Below, piece by piece: positions 24,201 to 37,735 of a DNA stretch of 60,619 nucleotides. The DNA lies in NCBI GenBank assembly GCA_013265495.1, contig MU061579.1, forward strand, positions 5,269,146-5,329,764. The letters are read 5' to 3'. The translations under genes were made by a program, and so were the position numbers. This stretch comes from Vicugna vicugna. Taxonomy: Eukaryota. Numbering within the stretch: position 1 is the stretch's first letter; every line of letters starts with the position of its first letter. The notes under the pieces were generated by a model. That model did no database searches and was not told the DNA's origin. It saw nothing but the letters and a program-made list of their open reading frames with translations.

Positions 24201-26029
24201 AGCTTTCAGTTTCTCTTTTTATTTCTTGTTCTCAGAACTTAAAGCCACGAGCTTAATGCTTTATAATCCAATTTTTTCCAGTGCAGTCAGGTGTCATCTC
24301 ATATTATAACCTCTTTTATTTTAATTTTACATAAGATTGTATTATTGCTTCAGTGTGGCATCTCAGATCTCATCCTTCTTTAGTCCCTTGAATACATGCA
24401 AATAGAATTTATGTAACTAACTTGGCCCTTGCCTACCAGGGTGTCATTTAATATTAGTAATGGGATCATCACTATCTTCAGTTCTAATCAGATCAAATAA
24501 CTTATTCTAGATCCCCATGTTTAAGGTTCTGTTCCTTCGAGACCACTTTCATTAACACAAATTGAGTTAAATGGAGGCCAGTTAATATAGTCCGAGTATA
24601 GAAGATTTAATATAGGCATTATGGACTTATATAATATTTGAAGATTGGATAGCGAAGGGCAGGGATGCAGGTGCTGGAATTCAGAGAAGCTAGATCTGAA
24701 GATCTGATCCTACAACACTAAAAAGAGTAGTTTTCACGTTCTCCCTACAAAGCTATTGCAGTCTGCAGGAATCAGTACACAACTAAACAGGAAATGTGTC
24801 TTGAGGAAACATAAATGCAAGACTCTCTTCTGCAATTCAGAGGAGACCTTTGAAAGGAATGTCAGTGATGCCAAGTTTATAACAGTCACACATATAAATG
24901 TCTAATATGTGGGAGGAAATCAGTAAATATGTGCGTAGTTAAATTGATTAGTTTCATTACTGCAGGTGCTATGAAGCAACATTTAAAACCATCTGGTTTA
25001 CTCCATAAAATGGAACAGCCTACTAATTATGTCTGCTAAGATACACATAGCCAAAATATCACCATCTCGTCCAATGATCATGGAATATGGTATTTGTCAA
25101 CACAAATTATTTTGTTAAGAGTGCTGCTCTTGGAGTAAAGGTCTGTGTTTGATACTTGGTGTAATATATTTCTCAGAGAACCTAGTTTTCTTTCAAGGGG
25201 AACCCTCCTAACAAAGTGTCTGGTACCTAAGAAATCTCACTAGATGTATCATTTAAAGTCAAATAGCCATGTGAAAGTATCTACCTAGCAAATGACCCAT
25301 TTCTTTAGAACAAATTGACCAATTCAAAAGAAATACAGCAAAATTCTACAGTGCAAGATGTTACGTGCAACCCTGGAAAGTTTATCTTCCTGACTGGTTT
25401 TATTGTTCCTGCCACAAGCTCTTACGCTAAAGCTGAAAACTCTAAAATAGCAGTAGTCTCTTTGTATATTTTGGTATAGGGCCTTGTATTCTCCCCTGCA
25501 ATTTCAGATGCCAGTTCGGAAGAATAGGGACAATGCCAGTGAGTCTGATTTGAGTCTGTTCAGCCTGCCTGAGGGATTGACCCTGAAAAGAGATCCTGAG
25601 GCTAAGCAGAAGGCATAAATCACCAAGTGATGTTCAAGAAGGCCAAACTGAGAGAGAAAGGGCACAATCTGAGATGGAAGTCACAGGCTAAACCAGAGGC
25701 CCAGGGTTAGCAAAGTATGTATGTAGAAATAGAACTGAAAGCAATAGGACAGTTGAAAATACAGAGGTGTCTGTACAGTAGGTTAGAAATGAGGAGAAAT
25801 TGCCTATCAGGACAAAACTTGCCGAGGCTCCAACTCTGGCAGTGGTATTTATTTGATTAAACTTAGTTGGCCTTAAGATTACAGTCTCTCAATACCCATT
25901 TCAGAACCTATATAAATTAAGAAAAGCAAGGCCCTTAGCAGTTCTTTCCAGAAGGATATAGTATGTTTTTTCTAAGCCATGTTGTCTCCTTCAGCAATGA
26001 ATTCTCAAATTCAGCTCCATGTAAGGGGA

Positions 26030-26125
26030 CCCTCCCTCCCTCACTCCCTCCTTTCTCTCTTCTTTCTTTCTTTCCTTCATTCTTTCCTTCCTCCCTTCCT
26101 TCCCCCCGCCCTCCCTCTCTTTCCC
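26030..26125. repeat. Polypyrimidine (CCCT/CTTT/CCTT)n low-complexity tract
   Basis: Directly visible. Confidence 0.85.
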
Positions 26126-26289
26126 TAGCTTCATTTAATCATTTCCCCTTTAGCCCATTAGCCCAGCATGTGAATGTAATGAGTAAGTTCTAAGCTTATC
26201 AGCTAGTGCCTGAGACAAAGCACATTAGTTTTTGGAAATCAAGTCTTTCCTCTGATCAAAATTTTTTAGTGTTTTCCCATGTTGTTAAA

Positions 26290-26830
26290 ATGCTTTCCAG
26301 ATTCCTAGAAAATCTTAGCACGTCCATCATGGTCCAACATAATCTTGCCATTGCCCGTGTCCAGAACGTAATTTTCCGCCACTGGCTCTGTTAATATACT
26401 CCAGCCACACCAGCTTGCTTCCTCTTCCTCAAACATGCCAGGCTCATTACTGTCTCAGCACTTGGCATTTGCTGCTTTCTCTGTGTGGAATTAATGCCCT
26501 TGGAACTGACCGTGTCTGACTTTGCATAATCATTCAGATCTCAGCTCAAATAGACAATTTTCAGAGTCTCTTCCTGATGCTTAAATCCTGCCTTTACCCA
26601 GTCATTTCCTCTGCATCAGTTCCCTGTTCTGTTTCTCTACCACAATTCATATCTGAAATTATCTCAATTATTTGTTTAGCATTGGTGATCACTTCATCTC
26701 TTTAAAGTGTCAGAGATGCAGTTTGTTTCCTTTGGTGCTGTCCTGGCGCTGGGTCAGGTTCCTAGAGCAAGTGTGTTTGTGTGTGTGGAGGTGTGGTTAT
26801 CCACATATACACGGAATAAATACAGGTTTA
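26290..26830 (+). mobile_element. LINE-2 3' fragment
   Basis: 'tccagccacaccagcttgcttcctcttcctcaaacatgccaggctc...tcattcagatctcagctcaaat'. Confidence 0.65.
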
Positions 26831-27599
26831 ATTAATTGATTAAATCTCTGTATCTTAACTCTTTTCACATAACACTGCAGACCCACTAGAAACTTTATCA
26901 TCTGCCAAAAATCTCCCTAAGATTCCTGAAGCCACCCAAAGGAGACATACTGTCTAACCAAAACCAGTGTGCTCACTTCTGAGTGCAGCAAGAAGAAACC
27001 CAGGACCTAGGTACTTCTTCCAACCGATGCTGCTCTTTTAATATAGAACTCTCGGAGCTGCTGTAGGCTGCAGATGCTCAGATTGCTTGGCAGATCTCCA
27101 TTCTTGTCCTTCTCCTGGTAAATGCTTCCAGTTTCCCAAATCTGGCCGGCCCATAGCCCTTTGTTAACTAAGCCAGCTCCTCGACTCGTACCCACTGCTG
27201 TTTCTCTCCCAAAGGCCACTTCTCATTTCCCTGAAAAGCACCCTCTGATCTCTGTGGGATCCTTTCTCTTCAGTTGCTTGTTTCCCTAATATCTTTGACC
27301 CAAAAGTGGACACAGGACTGCCTGTTAATTAATGGCTCACAATGACAATGGCTTGCACCTTCAGCAGTACTTTAAGTCAGGGGTGACCAAAGGGAAACAG
27401 GCAAACATAGGGACACATTACAAATGCTATTAGATGGAGCTTCTCTAACAGCCTGTGGACCCACAGACCCACTGCTGATCTGTCAGCCAAGGAAGATGCC
27501 TCCCTGACCATTCCCAAGACCTCACTATGTGACCACAACTAGCTTACTGTCTCCTCACAGAAGTATCTTCGAATATGCCTAGGAAATGTGTGGATCAAA

Positions 27600-27950
27600 C
27601 TTTTTTGTTAAACAATTTTGCTGAAGTATAATTGAAATGCAACAAACAACACATTTAAAGCATACAATTTGGTGAGTTTGACATATCTAGACTCCCTTGA
27701 AACCATCAGTATCATCAGTATTTCTTTGACTCATGAGTTATTTAGAAGTCTATTTTAGCTTTAGGTATTTGGGGATTTCTTAGTTACTGTTCTATTATTG
27801 ATTTCTGATTTAATTCTATTGTGATCGGAGAATATGTATGACTTGAATCATTTTAAGTTTATTGAGACTTATGGCCCATATATCCTCTGTTTTGGTAAAT
27901 TTTCCACATGATCTTGAAAACATGAATTGTACAGTTGATAATATCTTTTA
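27600..27950 (-). mobile_element. Two adjoining L1 fragments
   Basis: L1 3' end 'ttgctgaagtataattgaaatgcaac...atttaaagcatacaatttggtgagtttgaca', then an endonuclease-region antisense piece. Confidence 0.6.
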
Positions 27951-30900
27951 AGTATTCTTTATGCCTAACAATTTTTTATAAGATGAAAAATTCTACTGTA
28001 ATTGTGAAAATTGCATGTTCATGGCATTTATCTCTTTAAAAAGCACTATATTTGGTAATAATTTTACTTTAAATTACTATATTTTGGTGACTTTATGTGC
28101 TGTTACAATTTTTTTAAAAACATTGCTCATTCTTATTGTTTTACTTATTCTGTTAAACATTTGCCTTGACAGTATTTTCACTGATTTGTTTTAAAAATTG
28201 ATGTCCTTTGGCATGACATAAAAATTATGTAAAATGTAAATCTTTTGTAACAGAGGGATCTTAAGGAGAGAAGAATTATGTACAATGATCGAGTTCCTTT
28301 CAAGAAGACATCGCTATAAAGCTGTTCGGCCTCCATTTAAGTCTAGTTTCTCTCTATAAGCACTATCTGATGTTTTGCATATGTCTCTTAGCCTATTTCT
28401 CCAATGTAAAATTAAGATAATGTTTATTTCAAAAATGTATAAGGATTAAACTAGAGATTACTCATAACTTTCTTGTCATACTGGGAACATCAACCTATGG
28501 CAGCTCTTCTATTGCTCAAATTTTGTTGTTCTTCTTATACATCAAGAAGTCACAAAGTAGTTCATCTCCTGGTGAAAAAAAGAGGTGAAATAGTTTCTTC
28601 TATTCCTCTGAACTTCTTTTCACATTCTGTGATTATAGCATTTCAAATGAAACAGACATGGATGAAACTGAACATATATACACATTTGTACGCAGGCACA
28701 ATAGTGTGACATAAATTTCCGATATATTTAGCCAAGTTTACAAGATCTTATTGAAAGGAGGAGACCATAAAAGTAGAAGAGACTGCATGTGACAGAATAT
28801 ATAGCAAGTAGGTTAGCAGCCAGATGCTGGTGGCATTATATGAACAAGGTAAATACAGTACATTGGCAGAGTTTAATTATTGACATAATACTGCATTTTT
28901 ATGTCAAAACTTACATTATCTTTCCAGAAGAATTTCCAGTGTCAATCTGTACTTCCTTTTGAGAGAATGCTGACAAATACTGTGTTCTAAGAAACACCCT
29001 GTCACATTCTCTGCTGAAGGAAGGAAGGACAATTACTGGTATCGTGATTTTGACACTATCTCAGCCTTCATATTCCCCTCTTTCTGGAAAAGCTTATCTT
29101 CATAATAAATGATACATGAAGCTCTATTTCATTATGCCTTTAATTATTTCCTTGTGTTATCCTATCACGTAGATTTGAAGTACATATATGGAAAAAGGTT
29201 TTATTTCTTCCACTGGATTCAGTAAATATTTGTATGATTTTTAATGGTTTTACTTTCAAGTGAACTTTCATTGCAAATTATATTTACCAAAAGAGACTTC
29301 CAAGTGTAAATATATTGAGATTAACATAATTAAATGTATTATACCTATAAACATTAAAACTAGATAGTTTAAATATGAAATGATCAGAGGCTTAAATGTT
29401 CAGAATTCACTCTTTTATATAATACATTTCATTTTTTTAATCTACATAATTCCCTTAATACACAAATTAAATATGTGAATATCAAATGTGGTTCAATATC
29501 TGTAAGAGCACTTTATCATTCTTGTTGGATATCTTTTGATTTTAATATTTTTGATACTTTATATCTTCACCTACTATATGGATTATACAATTTTAATAGA
29601 ATTCTACTTTGGCAGAATCAAAACTAGAGAGATTTTGAAAACACATAACCTATAAATTTCAGAGAGTAATTATAGTGAATAATGAAATTATCTATCAAAA
29701 TCCAAAACCTTAAGTGCTAAGAGAAGATGTCATTGGCCAGAATGTTAAATATCCAGAAAGTTTACTCAAATGACAGTTGAGTTCCTTTACAAAAACACTA
29801 TTTTATTATGCCATCATCAATTTTGCTTATATAAATCTCTGGATTACGTTTGTTCTTGAATTGTATTGTTACCACAAATGAGCATTTGATATCCCTGGAT
29901 AGTACAGGAAAACATGAAGAATGATTGGAAGTTAAAATTATTTTCATATTCTCAGAAGCACATGAAAACAGGAAAAATAACTGCTTCAGAATTGTCTATT
30001 ATGCAGATTATAATTTCACAGTTGTTTCTCACATCACTTACATCATGCCTGCTAATAAAAAAAAATAATTCTAGCATAACTCGAACAGTGACTGAGCTGC
30101 CAAAAATATCACTGCCAATGAATTAAATCATGTTGTTTATAATAATTTGCTGACTTTTAATATGAAAAAAGTACTTTGTGGAACTAATGCTGATGCTAAT
30201 TCTGCATTTTTATGCTCTGAAATGACAATGATATAATGAAAAATGGAATCTCATCTTAGTGTGCATTTTGGATGCAAAGCACACAGATCTTACAAAAGAC
30301 ATCTTGATTGAAATCTGTTCAAAAGTAAAGTTTTTAGAAAAACTAAATACTCATTCTTAACTATATGCCTGTGAACCTCTACACTATCAATTATGTGTGG
30401 GAGGGGGGTGGAGCTTGTAATAAGTGGTACAAAACAGAAATATTTAGTTTTATGGCTATATACTGAAATGTATGTGCAAATTTTAATTAAGACACTAACA
30501 ATAAAATGTGAAGCTTAATTTTACAAGGTAAATCTAATACTGTGATTTCTAGCATTTTAGCAGTAATAGCATTTGTTCTCGATTATTTAGTAACTAGTTG
30601 TTAATTTAGTTGATTTTGTAGCTCTTTGACCCATGTTATCCAATCCTTTTGGGTACTCTTTAGCATATGAAAAGCATGGAATAAAAGAACACCAAACTTA
30701 AATTATCTAAGATTATTGTTGTCATTATTATTATTTTCACTCGTTAACAATTCTGTTATTATGCTTAGTGACAAAGCTGAATAGAATGAGATTTGCAGAA
30801 AACCTGCCAACTGAAAATTAGCATATTCACAAATGTCAAAGGAAATCAAGACCTGAATTATCTTCATTCTAAACTGTTGTCTAAAAAGAAATGGTAAGAA

Positions 30901-31604
30901 TCAGATTTAAAAAAAAATTCAAAATAGTGAGATGTTCCAACTAAAATTGTTTCCTTATATTTCTGGTCATCTGTCCATTAGAAAACTTAGATATTTCTTA
31001 GTAAATGTTCATGGATTTCTCAGGTATAGATTTATAATTACTTTTCAGAATGGATTAACCACTTGCCTGGACTTTACACTTTGTCCAAAACTTAAATATT
31101 TCTTAAGAATACAGTTAAAGATCAAATTCTTTAACTTGTAAAGATCCTTCCTTAAATTCTCTATTTTCATTCATTCAGCAACCTTAAGTAGAAAATGAGT
31201 AACTTAATTTCTCAAATAGATGTTGTTTGGTTATTGCTTTGTTTTGAAATTATCTAAGCCCAATGTATAAAAAATTAGATGAGTTAATAAAGCCATAAAT
31301 ATTTTAAGATTTAGAACATGCATGATATCCAATAGTGAGTTACTTTTCATTAATTATATACTGTCCATTTGTATCTGCTTTACTTAATAAACATGTTTAG
31401 TTTATTCAAAATAAAACCAAGGAAATCCAGAGAAATTTTCTTAATATTCTTGTTCTAGTCTCATCTTTTAACAGGTCACTCAATCATGTGCCAATGAGAA
31501 TGGTCTTTCTTTGTGCCTTTGCTGCCACCTAAGTATAGATTGTCATTCAATGCAAGGCTAATGATAGAGCCTTGCAGTTAGGATTTTTTAAGTAATTTGC
31601 GCCA

Positions 31605-33140
31605 TTTTTTTTTTCTTTTTTTAAGTAAAGGTTGATTTACTTAGAGAGATATAATGAAAGGCAAGAGAAAGGCCAGGAGGTATGGGGGTTGAGTGCTCAG
31701 ATTAGAGTAAAAGTAGGTACACACTCCATAGACAGAGTGCTGGCCGTCTCTGAAGTGGTAGAGAGAGAGGGCAGCAGCCATGAGGTGCTGTGTTGCCAGT
31801 TTTTATGGGCTTGGTGGCTTCATTTGCTAATAAGAAGAAGGACCAGTCTAACTAGTTTGGGGAAGGGACTGAGATTCCCAGGAAGTTGGCCATTTCCCAC
31901 TCTTTGACCATTTGTGGCTAGCCTTGGGATTGTCAGGGTGCCTGTGAGCATGTTATTCACCATGTTGATAAATTACAATGGGCGTATAATGAAGCTCAAG
32001 GTCTACTAGAAGTTAAATCTCCCACCACCTTGAGCCTCAAGGCCTACTGGGGGTTGAATCTCTCACCATTTCGATGTTAATTGCTATAGCATTCCTTGAC
32101 TGGCTGTGCCTTGCCCCCTTCCTGTCTCATTCCCCCCTCAGAAATTTTACTTCCATAATCTTATGGGGTTGCAGAGGTGTGAAGGTCCATCTTCTGAAAC
32201 TACTTCCAGGCTGAGAAGGGGCGTTGACCTTGTCTATCAGGGAGTAAAAATCTCTCAGTGTCTAATTGAGGGGCCCCAGGGGCAGGACAGCCTTTTGTTT
32301 CTGCATCCGAGGACTGAGGGTATGGGCTGGAATCCTTACATAGCCATCATCTGATGTGGGGCTGCTGTAGCCCACTGTTTCCAGTGACTTTTGATGAATT
32401 TTCTTAAAGATGAAGCACCTTTGTAACAGCAGTTTGACAGTCTGTAACAACAAAAAGACTTAAAAGTCATAGTTAAACAACTGCAGTCGATAAAGAGACT
32501 TATTTGTAATTACTAGAACTATGATTGATTATATTTAACTTAACATATTTTTAAAAAAATCCAAGTTAACTTAATAGCTAAAATGCCTCAGGTTTCCTTT
32601 AAAGCATCTCAAAGTTAGCTGGAGCTGTAGAATTTTTAGAATTTGTTAAATACTTAAAATCCTGATTATGTATTAGTATTTTTTTAATGAAACTCTTTTA
32701 CTGAAAACATACAGATTTTCCACTGTATATTCAAATACTTATTTTTGGAGCTTTAATTACATATTATAATTTTAACCCTTAAAACCCTTAAATCTCTGGC
32801 AAAAACCAAAAAGCAAGCAACTGTGAATTGGCTGTCATATCACCGTTTCCTGAGTGGAAACTTATTTTTTTTTTTTCTCCTAAGGCAAAAATAGTTAAAC
32901 CTAGACCTACAGTTAATGTTATAATATATTTTAAATGACACAGATAGTGAAATTTCTGACTTAGTTTTAAGCTTTAAGTACCAAAATTTGAGAGACAATT
33001 TTAGGTATTTCCAAAACAAAACTCCTATAGAGTTTACCCAAAATCGCTTATTTTGTTACTTTTTCAAATTTTTTTTTTTTTTACATTGAGTTACTTTTCT
33101 TGTTGACAAATTTGTAACAGTTTTTTAAGTTTTACTTACC
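31605..33140 (-). mobile_element. Class I-type ERV 3' region (AT-rich internal, PPT, U3-R) ending in a poly(A) tail with no U5: processed ERV copy
   Basis: On the minus strand: PPT CTGAGGGGGGAA (32130-32141), LTR start TGAGACAGG at 32129, then AGTAAA shortly before an A-rich tail (T run 31605-31622). Distal boundary approximate; no TSD found. Confidence 0.7.
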
Positions 33141-33389
33141 TGGGCTTTAGGGTTAGGGCTTCCTTAGCAGCCACCCCCTTCCCCCTATTTCTCGTATAAA
33201 CCAAGCTCTACCTTTCATGTACTGGGGACATATTCCCTCTCCTGTAAGTTGGAGACCTCCTGTTTGTCTCAGTAAATGTTCCTGTGCCTGAGCAGTTTCT
33301 GACTCACATTGGTGATGGTTTTGCTTATATACTATGTTATACAAAATAATTATATTGCTTAAAAATTAATTTTTTTTTGATGATCAGCC

Positions 33390-33817
33390 TGCTGCAGACG
33401 CAGAATAATATCATGGAGGTTTGAAATAATAGCATCAGGTGTTTGAAAGTGAAATGCATTTATTACACTTCTAGGTCCCAGAAGAGGGGTGTATGCCAAG
33501 CAGGGGGTCATATAAGAGGAGTTCCAAGGATGTGGGCTCAACCAAGGAGGTGCGGAGCTGAGAGAGAGTGAGGACCTAGGGGAAAGTGCCTTTGCTGGGG
33601 GATCAGAGTGGACTGCATAAGTCAAAGGCATGAAGGGACTTCATTAATGTATTTAAATGCCACTAGGTCACAGTCAGGGGAGGGAAAGAAGGGGAGCTTG
33701 TGGCAGGGACCAGCCTTATCACATTGGTGCACCTGATCACCTGGGCAGGGTGCCCACAGCCTGTCTGTGGGGATGTTGAGGCAACAAGAAAATACAAAGT
33801 TTTTAAAAAGTACAACA
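33390..33817 (-). mobile_element. 3' LTR of the class III provirus
   Basis: TG...CA termini (33390, 33817); PPT-like AAAGGGCCAATCG immediately upstream on minus (33818-33830); homologous to 39.55-39.9 kb. Confidence 0.7.
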
Positions 33818-33899
33818 CGATTGGCCCTTTGCTGTCTCAACATCATTAACAATACTAATTGGGATGGATAACACTTGTCATGTTTGTTGTGGAGATGTT

Positions 33900-34960
33900 T
33901 AAGGTGAGTGGGACAGCATGAAAAAGTGGGTCAATTGTGGCAAAAGTAACAGCTAGGAAGAGTCCTGTTGGGTGTGTGATGAAGATTTAAAACCCAGTTC
34001 TCAACCAAAGAATGCTACTTTGTGTGTAATTGCCAACAGAATTTGTCCAGTATCTCTGATTTTAAGGAAATCTGCTAGAAAAATCTGGTTATGTTATGAA
34101 AGATTTTAACCTTTTGGCCTATCTCTCATAACTTTGTACCTGTTCACTGCTAATAATGAACATGCAGCAAGATGTACCTTGAATGGCACAAACTCCTTTT
34201 TTCCTGGCTAGTAAGTTGTCAAGAGCCAGTATGTCATCTTTTATCCTTTGAGCTGGAGACTTATGGGCTTGTTGCCTAAAGAATAATGTTCCATGTATTC
34301 TTTGAATATGATGTGAAGGGACACTGCAAAGTGTTATTTGACAATTATGACTTGATTTCATTTGATAAAGCATGCTATACTGTTGTCAGTGGTGGTGGCT
34401 CCTGTGACTCTGACAAGTCCTATTAAAATAGAAGTAAATATTTGTCATGTTACTTGGAATGCTTGGGTTGATGAAAACAGGGAGGTATCTGGTGGATAAA
34501 GAACTATGGGAATCCCCAGTGTAGCAACTGCATGCTGGGGTACAGCTTCATTAGGGTAACCACGCTGGGAAGTTGGCAAGGAAAAATATAAAAGATGCTG
34601 TAACTGTGAATTTGGGCCACAGTAAAACCTGAAGTTGTCATTATGCATAACATAAGGTGCCTGAGAGCACGTGGTGTTGTGTGTGACCACGGGGAAAGAC
34701 TGGTTGTAGGGGCTGTGACGGGAAATGCAAGGTGCAAGAGATGGTGGTGAAAAGCTGGAAGAGGACAGCAAGAAAAGGTATCAGAAAGTGGGTGGTCCTC
34801 TTCCAGAGAGTCAGGAGGTTGACTGAAATGAAGCAGGTGCCTCCTGGGGAAAGCAATAATCTTCATTAATTTTAGTAACCTCTCCCAGATTTCCCTTTGG
34901 GCACTGTTGTGTAGGAATGAATGTTTTAGCAGAAATAAAAAAAAATATACCAAGATCACA
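33900..34960 (-). pseudogene. env: Gamma-type retroviral env remnant (signal peptide, SU, TM)
   Basis: Hydrophobic N-terminus ILVYFFLFLL (ORF 34504-34959); ISD-like DDILALDNLLARKKGV followed by CX6CC CAIQGTSCC at 34164-34238; broken by stops and frameshifts. Confidence 0.85.
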
Positions 34961-34999
34961 GGCTAAGCAGACTGTGAACTCAGAAACATAATAAAATTC

Positions 35000-37450
35000 C
35001 TAATATCAAAGGAAATGTCCTATGTCCAGTTTGGCCTTAAAGCATTCTGTGGATGTTGCTTGGGCAGAGACCTTAGTGTCCCTGTGATGGTGTCCCTTGC
35101 CCTGGGAGTGAAGTCTGAGGTGATGTCATCTACAGTGGTGAGTTCCCAGATTAGGTAATGCCATCTGGGTTGTGGCTTTGGAGTATCCTTTCCAAGAGGG
35201 TACCCACTAGAGTTGATGTGGGTTCCTGGATTGTAAACCATTGGAAGCACCCACACCAGTAGTAACGTACAGACCAGCAGTCAACAGGTTGGTGTGCAGG
35301 TGTGCTTGACATGGTTTTTGTTTTTGTTTTGGTGCAAATATAGGTTCAAATGGATCCCATATCAAATGAGCAGCTGACTGGCCTGTGGGGCAAACTATAT
35401 AGTAAATGAGTCCCAGGAGAATATGTGCCCAGGATCTGGGGGAAAGACCTAAGATATGTAAAAATAGGTTAAGGTCTGGTAAAGATACAGAACTTTAGGG
35501 TTTTATTGATTGTACTGGAATTTGAAAAGGAGTTGTTTGAGGAAAGCAATATGTCTCTTAATTAAACTAGTTATCTTGGACCTACCAGGCAATGGAAGTT
35601 CTAATGAACTTTTCTTTCAAGAGTCTAGCGTCAGTCTTTTGAAAAGAGAAAATGTACATTTTGGTCACTACCAGTAATGTCTGTAATTCTGAAGAGAATA
35701 AGGAGTTCCCTGGCAAGGCTTTGCATTACAACCTTAGTATATGTAGAAACATATATGATTTTGATTTATATTTTGGTTAACTGTGGGACAAGAATCTCTC
35801 AGAGTTTTTCATCCTGAAGGAGGCAACTTTTAGGAAATGGTTTATTACTTTATAATAAATGTTAAGATGGGGCCATTGTTGGCCAAGTCATCTGGAACTC
35901 AGATGATTGCCTGAAGTTTGGCCAAGTATATTGTTTCCTGGGTCCCATCTTTTATCAAGGACATTCTAGGTAAGGGATGGAAAGCAGTAATATTCCACAG
36001 AGCTTCAGCATGTATGATGGTTAGTCCATCAACTCCCATTGCTGTTCACTCAGTTAATCCCAGGGGTTCCCAGGTAGTCCCAGGTCTAGAGAAGAGGTGA
36101 CCTGGGGAATCTGGTAATTGACTGAGGATAGGGGAAGGCATTTTCTCCCTAATGAGCCTGGATTTGGCTCCATCCTGTCTTAAGGAGGCCTCAGTAGCAG
36201 TGCTGAGGTTGTGAAGTGCTGTTTTCATGACCCAAGGATAAGAAGCAACTGGGTTTGGAAGGTCCCAGGCTCAGGGTCTGTGAGAACCTCTATTTCCAGG
36301 AGAACCCACTTACTACCCAATCATTTGTTGCTTGAATGGTGTATAACACAAAGCCAAGAGAAGCAATTGATTGCATTCAAAGCCCTGGGGCAACTAATGG
36401 CCATTGTAAGTTATTCAGAGACTCTAGGAGGCATAAGAAGAGGTGGCCAAAGCCTTTACAGTGAAGGGAGTTTCTGATGGCATTAGCAGCGTGCTTGTTG
36501 GACAATGTGTAAGTAAAATCTGTAAATGAGGAATATGTCAGTAACCTAAAGGGACTGAAATATGTTCGACTCATATGTCATTAATAGGTATGTCAAATGA
36601 ATCTCTTTGAAGGAGGTTGTTATCAACGTAATGTCATACCTGTGTTCCTGGAGAAAGGTGGATGCAGTGAAAATCTTGTCTGCAAAGATTGTGTGTGATA
36701 GCAAAGCCCCTGAGGTACTCCATCAGTAGAATAGTCTGGAAAAGGTGTATTGTGTCCCTTCAGAGGCGAAAGCAGACTGCAGTTGAGAGGCTGTTGAGAT
36801 AGGCACTGAATAGAACATTAGCCAAATCTATATGAGCAAAATATTTACTGGTTATTGATTGAATAGAATCAGTAATTTTAATAATATTATATATTAATAT
36901 ATGAGTGTGGAGGTCTTAATGGATGGGTTCATAGGCCCTCATGGATGGGAATGCAGTTGTATAAATCTATTGTCAAGTTTTATTCTTCCCAGATTTAAGA
37001 GCAGGCAAAACTGGGCTGTCAGATAGAGAAGCCATGAGGTTAATCACCCTTTTGTTAATTAGGTTTCATATAAAAATTTTTAATCTTCAAAGGCTCTATT
37101 TTAATTTAGTTTGGGCCATATTAGCTGGGGGGATGGTCCCCGGAGTTCCATTTATCAAGTCAATTTGTAAGTGTCAAAAACTTACTTTAATTTTAATTTA
37201 TTATTCATTGTGTTACAGCATCTATGCTGAATATGGAATATTTTAGCATACCATAGGTATTATGACCATGAGAAATTTAGGAAAGGCTACAGTTAAAGTG
37301 AGGCGTACTCATTTTTCCCCTATTTGTATTTAGTTATTTTTTTTCTAAGATTATAGGAGGCACTATGTTTAAATTTAGTAGAATCTCCAGGTATAATTAT
37401 AATTTAAGCCCTGGTATAAATTAAATCCATAAAGTTTTGTCAATTGATAT
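35000..37450 (-). pseudogene. pol: Class III (ERVL/ERVS-like) pro-pol remnant
   Basis: Protease FMDLIYTRA*IIIIPGDS 37380-37433; RT IDLAN 36817-36831, SVPISTASQ, and HYVDN (decayed YxDD) 36619-36630. Confidence 0.8.
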
Positions 37451-37735
37451 ATTTTAGCTAATGTTAAAATTAGCTGAGAACCTGTGTTGTATAGGCACAA
37501 AGTCTAATCTGTGCTCGTTTTATCTTCTGTTATACAAATTCTTTAGTATATAAATTTTATGTATAAATTTTGGATTTCCAATTGGATCAAATTATGAAAC
37601 TTTGTTTTAATTTTGTTATATAGATAGATATATATACAACTTATATAGACATATATGATATATTTATTATATATTTTAGTAAAAGATTATATGTACACAT
37701 TATTTTATTACCTTTTATTTTCTCCCCTGTGTCTA

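Noticed and set aside
30259..30284. Small hairpin GTGTGC...GCACAC as a possible ncRNA
   Set aside because: Stem too short for a pre-miRNA and no snoRNA box arrangement supported
34119..34959. Domesticated syncytin-like env gene
   Set aside because: Split over several frames with stops; ISD degenerate; no intact furin site or membrane anchor seen
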